Below, piece after piece: positions 24,671 through 38,026 of a DNA stretch of 64,000 nucleotides. The stretch comes from Raillietiella orientalis (lineage: Eukaryota). The stretch covers positions 1,674,001 to 1,738,000 of the forward strand of contig JAYWIR010000013.1 in NCBI GenBank assembly GCA_036172245.1. Direction: 5' to 3'. The translations under genes and the position numbers were made by a program. Numbering within the stretch: position 1 is the first letter of the stretch; each line of letters starts with the position of its first letter. The notes beneath the pieces were generated by a model that saw only the letters and a list, made by a program, of their open reading frames with translations, made no database searches and was not told the DNA's origin.

Positions 24671-24969
24671 AAGGCGCGCCGGAGTGCCACACGCCTGTCA
24701 TACAAACCGTGTATTCACAGTTGATGAATTTTTCTTGTAGTCCACTGAAATACGTTAGCGTGGCGAATAAATCGCCATCAGAAATGACAATTGCGTATAT
24801 CGAACGCTTCTTTTTCTGGTGCCATTACAAATCATCGTTATCCAAGATGGACTGTCCTTCCTCGGGTGCAACTGCAAGCTCAGCTGCTTCCCAGAAAGGG
24901 CAGCAGAACGCGCATCCGAAGGATCGCCAAACTGTCCTTTCGCGTCCCAGCACTACGAGCCATGCATTT

Positions 24970-25082
24970 CAATAAGTACATAAGTAAATAAATGGATACA
25001 TAAGTCGATAGGTAATAAATAAATAAATAAGTAAATGAATGAATGAATAAACAAGCAAACAAAAAAAAGCAAATAAATAAGT
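24970..25082. repeat. AT-rich (TAAA)n/(TGAA)n microsatellite-like tract
   Basis: TAAATAAATAAATAAGTAAATGAATGAATGAATAAAC; resembles the T-rich LINE 3'UTR tracts on the minus strand. Confidence 0.7.
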
Positions 25083-26714
25083 GGAATGTGGAAGGTTGGG
25101 AAGAGCGTTGGAGGAGATAGGGACGACGTTTTCTCGACTCCTCGCAACCTCTGCCCCATCGGCTGGGACGCTACCCTCGAATTCCGAGTTTCTTCGGATG
25201 AAGGACGCAGTATATCGCGTCGGGTCTCGTCGCACCTTCGGGCTCCGTGTGGTCCGACTTCCTGCTCAGCAGTGCACGAAGGGCACCCTATTTGTCCCGC
25301 TCTATTTTATCGGGGAACCCCCGCATAGGTCTCGACCGGGATTTCTGCATTCTCCGGCGGGTCTTTCCTGGCCGCGATCCCATCAACTGCCGACTCGGAC
25401 GGGTGTTCGAGCTCCTCGGGAGCCGCGCCTCCGCGTCCTGCGTCGGGTCCCGCGGCAGATGCACCAGGGGCTCCCCGCCAGCTACCGGGATGCATCCTCT
25501 TCGAACTGCAGGCTGGTTTTCGGACTAGCCAGCGTTCATCGTCCAGGAGACGCGTCCAGTGGATTTTAGCCGGAGGCATTGAATCCCCTCGTGGAATGGC
25601 GAGCGAGGGATGAGCTGGGCCGAGGGGTTTGCTTCCAGATCCACTGGCATGGCCCTTGCTAGAAGGATGGCACGCAAGACTCTGTGGAGTTCCCCATTAT
25701 CCCGCCCCCCTTTTCCTTTCCCGCTTTCGTGCGACGGAAAGGCAGCCTGCCAAAGGCCGCGCAAGGGAGAGGAGGAGGAAAGACACTGCCAGATCGGGTC
25801 CTGGGCAGTGCTCGCCCAACCCCGTCCCCACCTCCCGCTCAGAGGACAGGATCAAGCCACTACCTGAGCTGCTCCATCGGGAGCGCCCCTGAAGCGTCCA
25901 CGATGCTTCGGGAGAACGAAGAGGGCAAGATCTCTCCTAGGCAACCTCAAAGCCAGGATCCACCATCGTGGGACCTTTGGGATCACGGGTGACTAAGCAG
26001 ATCCAGAAACCTGTCGACTCCCACCGCATGGGAGGCGCCTTCTAAAAAAATGGACAGATAGAATAGTGAGGGAGGATCAGACATCTACCTGTCCGAGATG
26101 GGCAGGTGAGGAGGGATGGCACTGTGGAACGGACAGGTGGACAGGTAGGGAAACGGTGTGTGTAGTGGGACGGGAGGGGAGTCGACGGGGCGTGGCCACG
26201 CGCGACGACCCGGTCCGTTTTGCGGACGCTCTTTTGCGTGGGCGCCTGCCGGTTCGAGGGTAGACTCCCCTTTGCCGCCGGCGGCCATGCATCCCCCATC
26301 CCTCTGCCTCTCAGGCTACACGACAATTGGTTGCAGGGCTGGAGAAGAGGCAACTGGGCTTCGCACGGGGTGTGATCCCGCAGCTGCCCTGGCGCATCCC
26401 AGGCGACCCCGTATCGCGAGCGTTCCTTGGAGGCTCTCCCCGCGGATGCTGCCCCGGGGACTAGGCGAGAGGCTTTCGAGCTTGCATGCGTCTGACCGCT
26501 TCCTCCAGGGCGCCCATCGCACCGCTTCCTTACGGGAACCACGCACCTTCCTCCTCCGTGCAGCGGCGATCCCAGCTTGCACCAAGAGGAACGTCCCTCT
26601 TCCTCTGTGCAGGGAACGCGACAGTGGTGGGCCACGCTGCGTATGAGCACCCAAGGGGCCGGAAGCACGACAACTACGAGGATAGACCCTTCTGTTTTCG
26701 CTTCGTCCCTTCTA

Positions 26715-27030
26715 GCTGCTTTTTTTTTGGGGGGGGGGGGGAGGGGGGGAAGGGGGTCCCAAGGAGTGCTGAAGAACCGTTCACCACCTAACGGGGAGCC
26801 CACGAAGCTCTTTGAGCACCACTTACGCCACCTGGAGGTGCGTGTCCACTCTTCAAGGGGTTCAGAGGGTCAACCCGGAGGGACCATCCGGAGGTAGGAG
26901 TACGTTCCTCTTGTGCTTTGCAGCGAATTCTCGCTCTGGTGTCCCAGAAGGGAACCTCGAAGGGTAAACCTCTTCCTTGTTCTCTCCGGAGGGACCCCCT
27001 GACGGGGCCGCTTCTCATTTCCTCTCCGAT
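26715..27030 (-). mobile_element. 3' part of the SINE-like family, directly following a LINE 3' end
   Basis: Minus strand GGAGAGGAAATGAGAAGCGGCCCC...CACGCACCTCCAGGTGGCGT...ACGGTTCTTCAGCACTCCTTGGG + A-run; collinear with copies D, E and F. Confidence 0.75.
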
Positions 27031-28450
27031 CTCCACCTGGACACGCCGGGGAGTCTAGATTAAAAATAACCTCATATACTGTGGCAGAACGCGTGGTCCT
27101 ACCACACTCTGTTTATTCACGGACCTGCCGGGTCACCGGTGCACAGCCCGGCGGGGGTCACCTCTGCAGCGGAGGGGGAGAGGAGAAGACAAAAAGAAAC
27201 TGGGAACTGGACGGCGGCGTCTCCCGTTTCTTCCTCTGTCGGCTTCGCTCCAGGTCGTCGCAGTCCCGCGGATGCAGCAGAGAGCTTCTGGGACTGCGGC
27301 TGGCTGCAGGACGTCCCGCACAAAGAGTAGCCGTAAAACGTCCCTCTGGTTGCCGACCGGGGTCCTCAGGGTCGCCTCAAAATGCTCCCGCGGGGATCGG
27401 AGGGCAACGCAGTTCGCAAGCAGGTACGGGAGGGGGGATTCCCGTTCCCCGCACCTGCGACAGTCCAGACTCAGCCCCATCCCCTGGACCCAGCGATGTC
27501 GCCGTGCGTTGCATGAGAGACCACAGTACAACAGCATAAGTGTCGACTCCTGCCGCTTCAAAAGGAGGGCGCTGCTATCCTTGAGCACTGGGAGCCACTC
27601 CAGGTCTTCTGATTGAGTGCCAAGCAGCTCGCCCCAGCGCTGTAGTCCTCGTGGAAGGGCATTCAGGGTCGCAGCATCCGCCAGCTGCCCCATGATTCAT
27701 CTTCTCATCAGGTTCCGCCTGCCTGCGATCTCGCAGGAGACTCCCCACCTTTTGAGCGGTTGGCTGCTGCTGCCAAGTGCCCTTCCCAAGAAGGGCGTCG
27801 TTGCCGCGAGGGAGGTCCGCGCTCCGCTCGTGTGCTCTTGCCGGGACACTCCAGGCAGGATCTTCCGGAGCGAGCAGCAGGTGCAGATGCCGAGTGGCAA
27901 GCAGTTCTATTCTTCGGAGCTCGGCTCCTCCATCCCCGCTCATGTGCCAACTGTTCCCTCCAGCCAGACGCTCGAGTTGGCGGGGTAACGGGCCGTGCTG
28001 CCGTTCTCCTTTGCCAGGGTGGACCTGAGTCTGAGGAGGAGTCTGCATCTTCTCACCCTTTGGCCGCGGAACAAAAGGTAGGTGGCAGATTCTTCCTCAC
28101 GGGATGCACGGTGGCTGGAGGATAGGCGCGCGGGAATGCACCAGGAGGTGCTCCGGTACTTCGCTGCGACAACCATGGTTCGCCCTCGTAGCTAAATCTC
28201 CATCCACTCTAACGTCAGGAGGTCGCCGTCCCAAAGCGGAGTGAACAGGTCCTTCAGCTGGGCTGGGGGGGACCTCCCATTGCCCCACAGGACGATTCGC
28301 AAGAAACCGGCTGAACGCCTCTAGAGGAACTTGCTGGGACGGCCTTTCTCTGCGCCTGAGCTGCCCTCCCGCAGCAGCTGCAAAGCCGGGCAAAGCGCGC
28401 GCCATAGAAACGGCCCTGTTGTGCAGAAGAGTCCGGTGCCCTCACGAGAT
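27031..28450 (-). mobile_element. Degenerate L1/Tx1-like LINE (RT C-terminus, zf-RVT-like motif, 3'UTR)
   Basis: ORF 27133-27693 with CRRCGERESPLPYLLANC; upstream LRGRTMVVAAK (LS..GR..L-like post-RT motif) and QVPLEAFSRF; 3'UTR homologous to 8.75-8.93 kb. Confidence 0.75.
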
Positions 28451-31400
28451 TAGCACCCTACTGGCGAGGGGAGCGAGGTGACTCCCCTGGATAGCAGCTC
28501 CACTCTGCTCGCGCCTCCAGACGGATGCAGCGGACCGCTCGGCGGCGGGGAAGTCCGACAAGGCTTCCCTCCATCCCCACCGCGGGGGTCGGCGTGGCAC
28601 CCGACTGGTGGGCCTTCGTCGTCCTTCCTGAAACCTTCGGCAGGATGTGCCGCTCCGTTCGGCACACCTCGGACTGCGGCGATGGGCGCTTATCGCGCGA
28701 ACGGCTTTGTGAGCGTTCCTTCCCGCGGTGGCACTCAGAAGGGCGACGGAGATCCCATGACGACGTCGCGCATCCTCCCCGATCCGAGATGAAAAGAGGA
28801 CCAGGTTCCCAGGCCAGGCACCGCTCTAGACCTATCGTATGACAGGCGTCACAATTCCGGGTGCTCTGGGGCGGCGTATTCCCGGGACACGCGGGGCGAC
28901 GGGACGGGGACAGGGCTAGAATTTTCGCCTCCCTCTTCCCGGAGCATCTGTCGCCTTCCAGGGCGAAGGGAGGGAAGAGAGGCGGGAAGATCCCAAGGGG
29001 AGAAAAGCGCCAGCTGTCCTGCTGCTAACAGCGACACGAGGAGCTGCCCACCCGGTTCGGGGAGGTCGCATAGGTGGAGAATGGTTCTCTCTCCCTCCTT
29101 TTCCGTTCTTTCTTCCCCTCTACCTCCCCCTCCTCCACACTCCTCACCGTCTCTCGGACCGAGGAGGCCAGATGCCGCCGAGAGATGGAGAGACGGCGTC
29201 CGCCGCCTCGTGAGCGCGCCCTTGACGCGCAGTGTGGCGCGGGGCAGATGCGCGCTCCTGGCGAGGGAGAGAGCCGGGAAGAGGCGGACGGTGGGCGAGC
29301 GTCGGGGGATGACAAACGCCTCCTGAGAAATGAAGGGTGGGCCTGACCCGCGAGCGGAGCCGGAACGCTCAGCATCCCGTCACGCATTTCTCCCGGATGA
29401 GCATCGGCCGCGCACTCCGGGAGCGCGGTTCGGACGGACGCAACCGGCGGCGCCCGCGAGCAGAATCTTGGGATCATGGGTCTGCACAGCCGTCGCTTCC
29501 GCTCCTCTCTCTCCTCGTCCTATTGGATGCACGGGTTCGCGGGACGGTCAGCTGAGGAGACAGGAAGCACCGGGAAGACTGCCCGTTGCCAGAAGGATAT
29601 CGAGCTGCCCTGAACTCCACCTCCTCCCCCAGCGTCCTGGAAGCTGCGCCGCACGAGGGGCATCTGTGGCCCTCGCAATTCAGTCAAAAGAGGGCGGGAG
29701 TTTGGCGCCTCTAAAGACGGGACCTGGCATCTGAGAGAGAGGAGAGAGAGGAGGGGGGGCGGCGCAGGAACCTCCCACTTCTGGAGGGAACCAGAAGGCA
29801 AAGAAAGGACCTTCGGGTCGGCCGACTCCGGGTCAAACTCTGGGAGAGCGCAGAGGCTGTAAGCCTCCCCACTTCTTGCCACTCTCCCCTCAGCTCTCCG
29901 GCCGTCCGCATGACAGCGATCTGGCTCGCGTCGCGATCCCTCAAGGCAGGCGGCGCTCCCAGGACTCAGCTGCACCTCCATGCGACTGAACCCATTCCGA
30001 GGAGAAGAGACTGATGCGCGTGACCTCTTTCTTCCCCTCGTCCCCCACCCTACCTTCCGGCTAAACTTGGCAGCGGCTTTGAGCAGCGATCGCCGCCACC
30101 ACGCCGTCTCCTCTTCTCCTTGCCAAGACGGATATGTGCGGCCTCTCCAGAGAAGGGCTCTTTTCTCTTCACGCTCCCGCTCTTCAGCTGCCGGCCCGCC
30201 CGGGGCTTGGGGAGATGGGCGAAAGGGAAGTGAGCGCGCCTGCTAAACACCCCGGGCAGAGCTAGTCGGGGCGCGAGCCAGGGACGAGAGGGCCCGGAAC
30301 GGAGACGAATCGAGGCGCCTGGCGGCTGCATCCCACTGAGGTTTCCTTCGGGGTAGCTGGAGCGCAAGGAAACGGGGGAGCCTCCTTCTATTGGGGCTGG
30401 CGAAGAAGGATGAAAGGAGAAAGGAAGGAGGAGGAACAGGAAGGGAGGAAGAGAAGGAGGAGGAAAGGAGGAGGAGTCTGGCTTGTTTGAATGCTACAGG
30501 AACCCATGAGTGCGCCCTTGAGCGGGCTCATCTCGGCACGCATCGTTGGGTTACGGCGCGTCCAATGAGACCTCCACCATGGTGACCCCACGGAAGTGGT
30601 CCACCTGGCAGAGTGCCGATGCCACCGTGGCGCCGTTGCCTAGGAGCAATGAAACTCTCGCTGAAGCTCCAGGGTCTACCGGGACGGAGGTCGGAGGTCT
30701 CCACTTCCCGCCTCTCCTCCTTCGCTTCGGCCTCGGCGAAATGACTGACCACGAAGGGTCTCGACGACGAGACTGAGACCGGTCACTCATCGAGCGAGGA
30801 TGTGAGACAGCGCCTCCGGGAGGGGTTACCTTCTCCCCCCTCTCTGTCCCTCCCTCCCTTTGTAAGCGCGATGCGTATCGCCTCGTCGTGCGGGCAGGGA
30901 AGTGGCCGGACACACGCACGGCCCGTGAGACGCGGGACACGGCCTTCTCCCGTCCCGGATGCTTCCAGGAGATGCGTCTCTCCTCCTCAGAAATCAGTCT
31001 CATGCCTCGGCGTGCAGAGTCGAATGTGGCCTTCCTCTCCCGACCTCGCTCCCCGTTCCCCCGAGGGATCCGGTGCTCTCGCATGCAAGGAGGGGGTGCG
31101 AAGGCGAGCGCCAGGCAGTCACTCGAGAGGCATCCCTCGCTCTCCCCCTCCCACCGCCTCCCCTTTCCGTGGGATGCAAAGGCATGTTTGCTTTGGGCGA
31201 AACCACGTGGTGCAGCGAGGAGCCCCTCGGGCGCACATTGAGAAGGCGTCGACGGAGACGCGCGATGAACCGGAAAAGGCGATGTGGAAGAAGCAGCCGC
31301 CGCCTGAGGGAAACGACACGCCCCGCCGGAGTGTCGGTCAAGGCGGCAGCAGTGCTTCCGCCCCAGCGCGCGCCGAGTGTGCGGCTCTGCTGCTGCTGAG

Positions 31401-34400
31401 GTGGTTCTCGGGGATGCTGCTGGAAGGGGGCGGCATCCTTGGCTCCGACCGCGTCAGACCCACGAGTTCCCGCTTCCTCGATGTCTTCCCGATGCGTGCC
31501 GGGACACCAATCGTCGCTGCACTTTATTTTTAGCGGTTGCCACCCCACCTCGCTCCTGGCTCCCGATAAATCCCCATCCGTTCGAGACAGTCGAAAATTC
31601 GCGCGGTGATTTCCGCGGCGCTACCCGCGCAAGGGCGCCGCCGCCGCCGCCTGCGACGCGACGTGTCGTGTGGGGCACGCTGCTTATGGATGGGCGGGGG
31701 GAACGGCAGGTCGGTGGAACGGGCGTCGGCCACAGCTCCTCCCTTCACTCCGTTCGGCTTCCCGTCCTCTGATCGACGTTAACGAGCGGCGCGCGCGCGT
31801 CACAAAAGGGGTCTGAGCTCCGACGTGCACGCCTGCCCGCCAGCGCGGTTCGTCAGATGCCCGGTCCGGGCGGGGGAAACTCCGGTCGAGAGGGAGGGAA
31901 GAGGCGGCGAGAGGCCTGCCTTCTGCTGTTGCTGCGGTTCTTCGCGCTTCTTGCCGTCAGAGGTAGCGTTCGCGCGCGACAGGGAAAAAACCACACACGC
32001 ACGCGCGCACGCACAATGTGCGGAAAGAGTCGACGAGGCAGGTCGTCTGGGCGACGGGGGAGCGGCGGCTGGCCGCGGCGGCGCCATCAGCAGGGCAGGG
32101 AATCCGGGACTCTTCGTGACAGAGAAGCCGCAGATAGCGCAAGAGGGAATCCAATAAGCCGGGAGCGGAATTTAATAAGCGCGCGCGTTCGAGCCCCCAC
32201 CGTGCAAAGGAGACCCGAACGAAAGGGTGCCACCGATGGCGGGAAGGAGGAGGGGAAGGGGCAGCCTTCTCCGAAGGAACGGAGGGCGATCCCGTACCCG
32301 TCAGTCATTTCGCCGAGTGGAGGAGCGGGAAGAAACGTCCCGCTTGCCTGGAGCGAGCCGCGCTGCACGCACGTCTCTAGGAGCCGTCGACGGTTACCAG
32401 GCGTCCCATGGGACTGCGAGTGTCGGCTCGCATTCGGGAAGGGGCGCTCGACAGAGAGCGGCTCACGAGGACGGGCCAGATGGAAAGTGCGGAGGCAGAT
32501 GAAACGCAGCCTTCTTGTTCCCTGCGTTATGGGTTCGGAATTCCGGGATCAGGAAGAGAGAGGGAGGAGAGGGGGCCAAAGAGGGAGAGGGGCTCGCCTA
32601 TTTCAGGAGCCCCGTCTCCCGTGGCTGCGAACTCGGGCAGCAAGTTCGGGCAGCGCCTTCAGGCGGTGAATCGCCGCAGCCACTTCCCTGATGCGCCTCT
32701 CGGCCGCTGGGGAAGGGTTCGCCGGACGTATTGGGAAACCGGAAACGTCTTCACGGATCTGGACTCCCTCTTCCTCCTCCCCCCCCCCCCTAAAAGAAAA
32801 AAAAAGAAGAAAATAGGGAAGAAAGGTAAGATGGTATGAAGGTGCGGGAGCACCGTTCGCTTCACGACGAAGACGACGCCTAGTTGGGGAACAGTTCCTG
32901 CGTTGACGACCACGAGCCGGCCGGACTATCGATCAATCTCGTCCTCTTGGAAGCACACATCTTTCCTAGTGGTCACATCCGCTTTCTTCCGTATTCTATA
33001 AATAAACGCAAGGAGACGCACGCGGACCAATTTCGTTCCAGACGAGGCGCCCGGCCTAGCCCAACGCAGCAGCTGTGAAAATGCACAGCACGGATGCACG
33101 CGCGGCATCCGCATCCGAAGTTGATCACCCGGTCACGCCGGGTCGTTTACTCGGAAAGGACGAAGCAGCTGGCGACACGGCTCCCAACGGAAAACAAAAA
33201 CAAGTCCACCGGACACGCAGGTCAGACGCCCCAAAAGTCCAGAGAGGATGAGGAGTCCAGTTGCTCGTTCCTTGTGGAAAACCGGGAAAAGTCGCGAACG
33301 GCGACGGAGGATAACAGCGGATGGACAAGTGAGAGAAGAGGAGGAGAGGGAGGGGTAGGGGTCTTTGGCTTCTGCCGTTCTTTTCTTCTGGAGCCGGCAC
33401 TGGACGCCGGCGAACTCCGTTCCGATTTCTTTCTCCGGGTGAGGTCACCTCGCGGCCGCCCCCATGTGGGCAATGGTTGCCACGCGGACGACCCCGCCGA
33501 GCTGCGTCCGCGCTCTTGAGCGCGAGGCGGACCGTGATGGGCGGCGCGCGCAAGTGGCAGCACATCATCGCCATCGCCGCGCCAGCCGAGGGCCCGCCGC
33601 GCGCGGAGAAACCACCCGCATCGGGTCACGGGTGGTGCGCTCCTGGTGCCGAACACTCTGCCTCTGACGCAGTCCGTCCAGGGGCCCCAAACAGGAGCCC
33701 GGGACCTCGGGGACGTGGTTCCCCCGGAAGCGCGGTACAGATGCCGCATCGGCACCTCGCGGTCTCGGTGCAGGGAACTCGGTCGCGCTTCTCGGCCTTT
33801 TGGCTAAGATCAAAGTGCAGGGAACGGCAGCACGAACTGCTCCAAGGGAGGGAGAAGGAGGACGCCGAAATGTTCAGACACGGGGCGACCACTCGTTCGT
33901 CGGACGGGAGGGAAGGGGGAGGCGCAATCCACAGTTCGGACCACCGGCGTGGCTCTCCTTTCTCCGGGGCACACGCGGAGTGGCAGCAGCCACCAGCTCC
34001 TGCGTCTTCCAGCCGCCAAAAAGTTCATCCTTCCCTCCCGTGGTGCGGGAGAAGCGCCACCGCGCCATGGGTAACTGTCGCCGCTCGTACTCAGGGAAAT
34101 CGGCGAGAAACTCCGCCCCTCATCGAAAGTGGGGCGCCGGCTCCTTACAAAGGGGGACTGCCCGTGTGACCCCTCGGAAACCTTCGAGTCGGAGAGGCAG
34201 TCGTCCCGACCTTGGACGGCACCGCCAGCAAACCCTCCGAGTGGCCGTACACGCTGACGACCGAATGAAGGGGGGGAGAGGAGAGCGCGCCTTTCCAAGG
34301 AGGAGGGGGCCTCCTTGGAAAGGCGAGGAGCCCCATGCACTCCGAGAAGACGCTGCTGAAAGTTTCGAGACCACTGCACCTGCTTCCGCCTCGTTGCACA

Positions 34401-34484
34401 GACGCGCTCACTGTGCGCGCGAGCCAGCTGGAGACCCCGGGTGAACTCGAAGAGTGGGCAGGAGCCACACGTCCGCGTTAGCGG

Positions 34485-35270
34485 CCATGAGACCGCGGCC
34501 TCCGCTCGAGCGCGGCACCGAGAGAGTTGCGGGTTCGAGTCCCGCCCAGGGGAGAAGGGCCGACTCCGAGAAATGGGGGCCGGGGAAACGTAGTGGGTTT
34601 CTCATCTTCTCCCCTCCCCCGCAGGATGGCGCTAGTTGGCCTGGTCGGCTTTCGGCGTTGCTGGGGACCCGCGGATGCTCTTGTTGACCAGACGGGATTG
34701 GGAGTCTTCCCTCCGGGGTCTTTCCAGGAATCAAGGAACCTTTGAGGTTCCCCCTTCTGGTTGTGAAAGCGGAGCCACTCATCCCTAGAGGGGGAGGGAC
34801 TCTCCATCGAGCAACATGGAACTGGTGGATTGTCGACACCTCTGCAGAGTGTCAAGAAGCACGCGGCTCCCTTCGGGGAGCGTCCTTCAGAGAAACCCAG
34901 AAGCGTCCCTGTGGGGTTCCCTTCAGAGGAGGAAGACTGGAACGGACCCTTTCTGGGGAGTTATTTCCGGAGAGGAAACGGAGAGTGCCTTCTTCCTCCG
35001 GGGTGTTCCTTTGGAGAGAATAGGGAGAAGATTCCCTTCGAGGTTCCCTCCAAGGACAGTCAGAGAGGAGGGCTCTTTTCAGGGTTCCCTTCCACCACCG
35101 GAGTCTACCTGGATTCATGAGATGGTCCCTCCGGGGTTACCCCCGAACACCTTGAAGAGTCGATACGCGCCCCCCGGGTGACGTGGTAAGTGCTCAAAGA
35201 GCTTCGTGAGCCCCCCGTAATGTAGCCGACGGTTCTTCAGCAATCCTTGGAAAATCGAAAAAAAAACTAG
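34485..35270 (+). mobile_element. tRNA-headed SINE-like element, near-full-length copy E
   Basis: B-box GGTTCGAGTCC 34532-34542; collinear ~800-bp body; ends GCCGACGGTTCTTCAGCA + A-run. Confidence 0.8.
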
Positions 35271-37211
35271 AAGGAGGCAGAGAGAACAGAAGAACCCCGG
35301 AGTAGCTGCGGCCCAGGAAGGGAGTTCCATCATTCTGGGCCGATAGTGCCCATCTCTCAGTGAGGTCGCCACTGGACTTAAAAAAAAGAGTGAGGAGGGC
35401 GGGCACGGATTGACGCTTTGCTTGCTCTGCGTCCGAAAGCTCTTTAGGTGGACGGGTGGGTGGTCGGTCGGGTGGTTTGCCACCTTCTTCGACGGCGATT
35501 CCGGGAGTCAGGCGCGCCTGCAGCTGCTCGGGAGGGACCTCGTGCAAGCTCGGGACCTCCCATGTAGTTCATGCAGGGCGGCTGCTCCTGTCGGCGCTGC
35601 TGCTGCGTGACGCGCGCTCAGCGCGCGAAACGTCCGCCATGTCAACTCCGCGCGGTGTGCGTGCGTGGTCTTGCTGGGGGTGGCGTACGCGTGTCGCGCT
35701 TTGCGCAGTAGCGCTGGAGGCCGACCAGACGAGGCCGCTCCCCGCTCCAGATGCAACTTCCCCTTCCCCCTTTCGCGCCTGCAGGAGTTTCGGAAGGTGA
35801 GGGAGAATTGGGAAGAATCGGTCCATATGGCATGCTCCGGCCGCGGACCTTCTTTCTTCCACACGCGGAAGTCCACGTGAATCACTCCAAAGACGGCGTT
35901 CCCCCCCTTCCTTTTTGGCGCGGATTCGGGAGCGTTGACCATCGAGAACACAATTTGGGATCTGCACGCTGGACGGCAAACTTCCCTCCTCTTTACGGGA
36001 AGGCCCACCCTCTGACCGCGATTTCGAGGTCGGGGGGACCTTCTGTACCCGTCTGGAGCAGCAGCTTCTGGGGAGCATCTCTCGCGCTGCCGTCAGTGGA
36101 GGGAACGGGAACTCCGCCGCAAAGGGCTCCGAAGGGAGCGGGGAGGAAGCAAGGGGGTCGGTCAGAAGGGCGGCCTGGCTCTGGGCCTGACCTACGCTCC
36201 CCGCCTCCACACTTCGACTTGCACCGATCGCGGAAATGCCGCAGGTTCAGGGATCATGGCGAGGTGCAAGCAGAGGTGCTGCTGCCGACGGAAGGAATGC
36301 GAGATCCGTCCCCATGGGAACGTACGTTCGCGTCTTCCGGAGCGGGCGGCAGAACGCTCGCGGGTCCTCCGCTTTTGTCGGGGCGGCGCGCGCGGGTGTA
36401 GCGAAGGGAGATCAAGGAAAAACAAAAGGACTGGAGGATTGCTCCTTTCTGTTGCTCGGAGACCTGCTGACCACCGTTCGCTTCCACGCTCAGGATGGCC
36501 ATCGTCGCCGTTGCGGCGTTCCGGGGGACTTTCCCGCCGCCGCGCCGACCTCGATGCTTCGGGAACGAGGGGCTCCGCTGCGTCGTCCTGACGAAAGCGG
36601 TCGCCATCCGTCACGGCGGCCTCTCGCTGCAGTCTCCTCCGCGCTGATGGCAGAGCTCTGAGCTGATGCCGTGTGATGGAGACGGATGAAGACGTTCGGC
36701 GTGATCGATGCGCGATGAGTCCGCGACTCCCGACGCTTCCAGGAGGGACCTCCTTCGCCGGATTCCAAGTGCGTTAGCCGAGTTGCGTCTGTCAGCCTCC
36801 GGGAGGAAAAAATGAGTTTCCACGGCGCAGCGCCGACGAGATGACGGTTGCTATCGATGACAGACGTCAGCTTTCGATACACGTGGGGCGTCCCTCAGTG
36901 TCTCGCGCACATGGCAGAAGCACCGAACGCCCCGGTCGTTACGGAAGCTCGGGCCGGAAGAGGGGGTTACCTTGGTTACGCGCCGTAGAGGGGAAGGGGA
37001 GGGGGAGTCAAGAGAGAGAGAGACGTCTTCTGACCCGTTTGCTCCCTGATTCCGTCAACTCCGCCGGCTAGCGTGCCGCGAACAGGAGAAGCCGCCTCGC
37101 TTCCAAGGAGACGCGCGCGCAACCGCCTCCTCCATCTCCTGGCAACCTTCGAGGCAGTGGAGACTGCATCCCTTTGGCACCCGGGGGCTGCTGCTTCCTC
37201 CGGAAGATTCT

Positions 37212-37330
37212 CTTCGGAGACAACCAGGGTCGAGGGTTCTTTTCGAGGTTGCCTCCAAAGAGAAAGAGAGTAACGGACTTCTTCCACCTCCGGAGCCTTC
37301 CTTCCTGGGTTCATAGGTAGTCCCTCCCGG
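37212..37330 (+). repeat. Internal SINE fragment, inverted near-copy of 38947-39065
   Basis: 119 nt aligning without gaps and with few mismatches to the reverse complement of 38947-39065. Confidence 0.8.
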
Positions 37331-37606
37331 GGATGGACAGCTGCCGCTCGCGACAGGCGCCCGCGGACGAAGCGATCTCGGAGCGTCCCGAGCAGATGCG
37401 CCGGAAGGAAGGAACTTTGTTCTTCGGATCGAAAGCGGCAGCTGTGCGACGAGTTGCGCCGCACCCTTTCCAAGCAACCGGTGTGTCCTCGTACGGGAAC
37501 GCTCCCGGTCCAGGACGCGACGCCTGATTGCCCAGTCCCCCTCCTCCCCCCTTTCTCCTTCCTCCTCCACAGAGACGCAAAAAAGAAGAAACACAAAGAC
37601 CGATGC

Positions 37607-37612
37607 TTTATT
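37607..37612 (-). promoter_or_regulatory. Polyadenylation signal of RYK
   Basis: AATAAA ~415 nt after the stop, followed on the minus strand by the GT/T-rich element GTCTTTGTGTTTCTTCTTTTTT. Confidence 0.6.
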
Positions 37613-38026
37613 GACTTTCCGGTTTCGCCGGCGCCTCAGGCAAGTGTCCCACCTCGGCGAAGGAGGAGCCCCTGGGAAAATCGGTCCTCCTGAGGACTTG
37701 TGCGCTCCCTGGAGGCGGGTCTTCTGGGAGCGAAGGATCCCAGAGCCGTCGCGACGACGGCGCAACTCCTGCTCCCTCTTCGAGGCGGCAGCTGATGCGG
37801 GTCAGCCTCGCACCCACTCCGGGATCGTGGGGACGGGGGTTCTCGAGACTAGCTCTCTTCCTCTTCAGCGTTGCCAGCATCAGGACCGAATCTTCCTTGT
37901 TTCCTTCCCACGGATTGCCGACGACGCCTTAGATCTTCCCCGCGTTCCAGGTCGCAGTTGGAAGGGAGAGGCGGAGGAGGAGGGGGAAGGGGGGAGGAAC
38001 GCAAGGTCCTCCCTTCGCCGCAGCAC

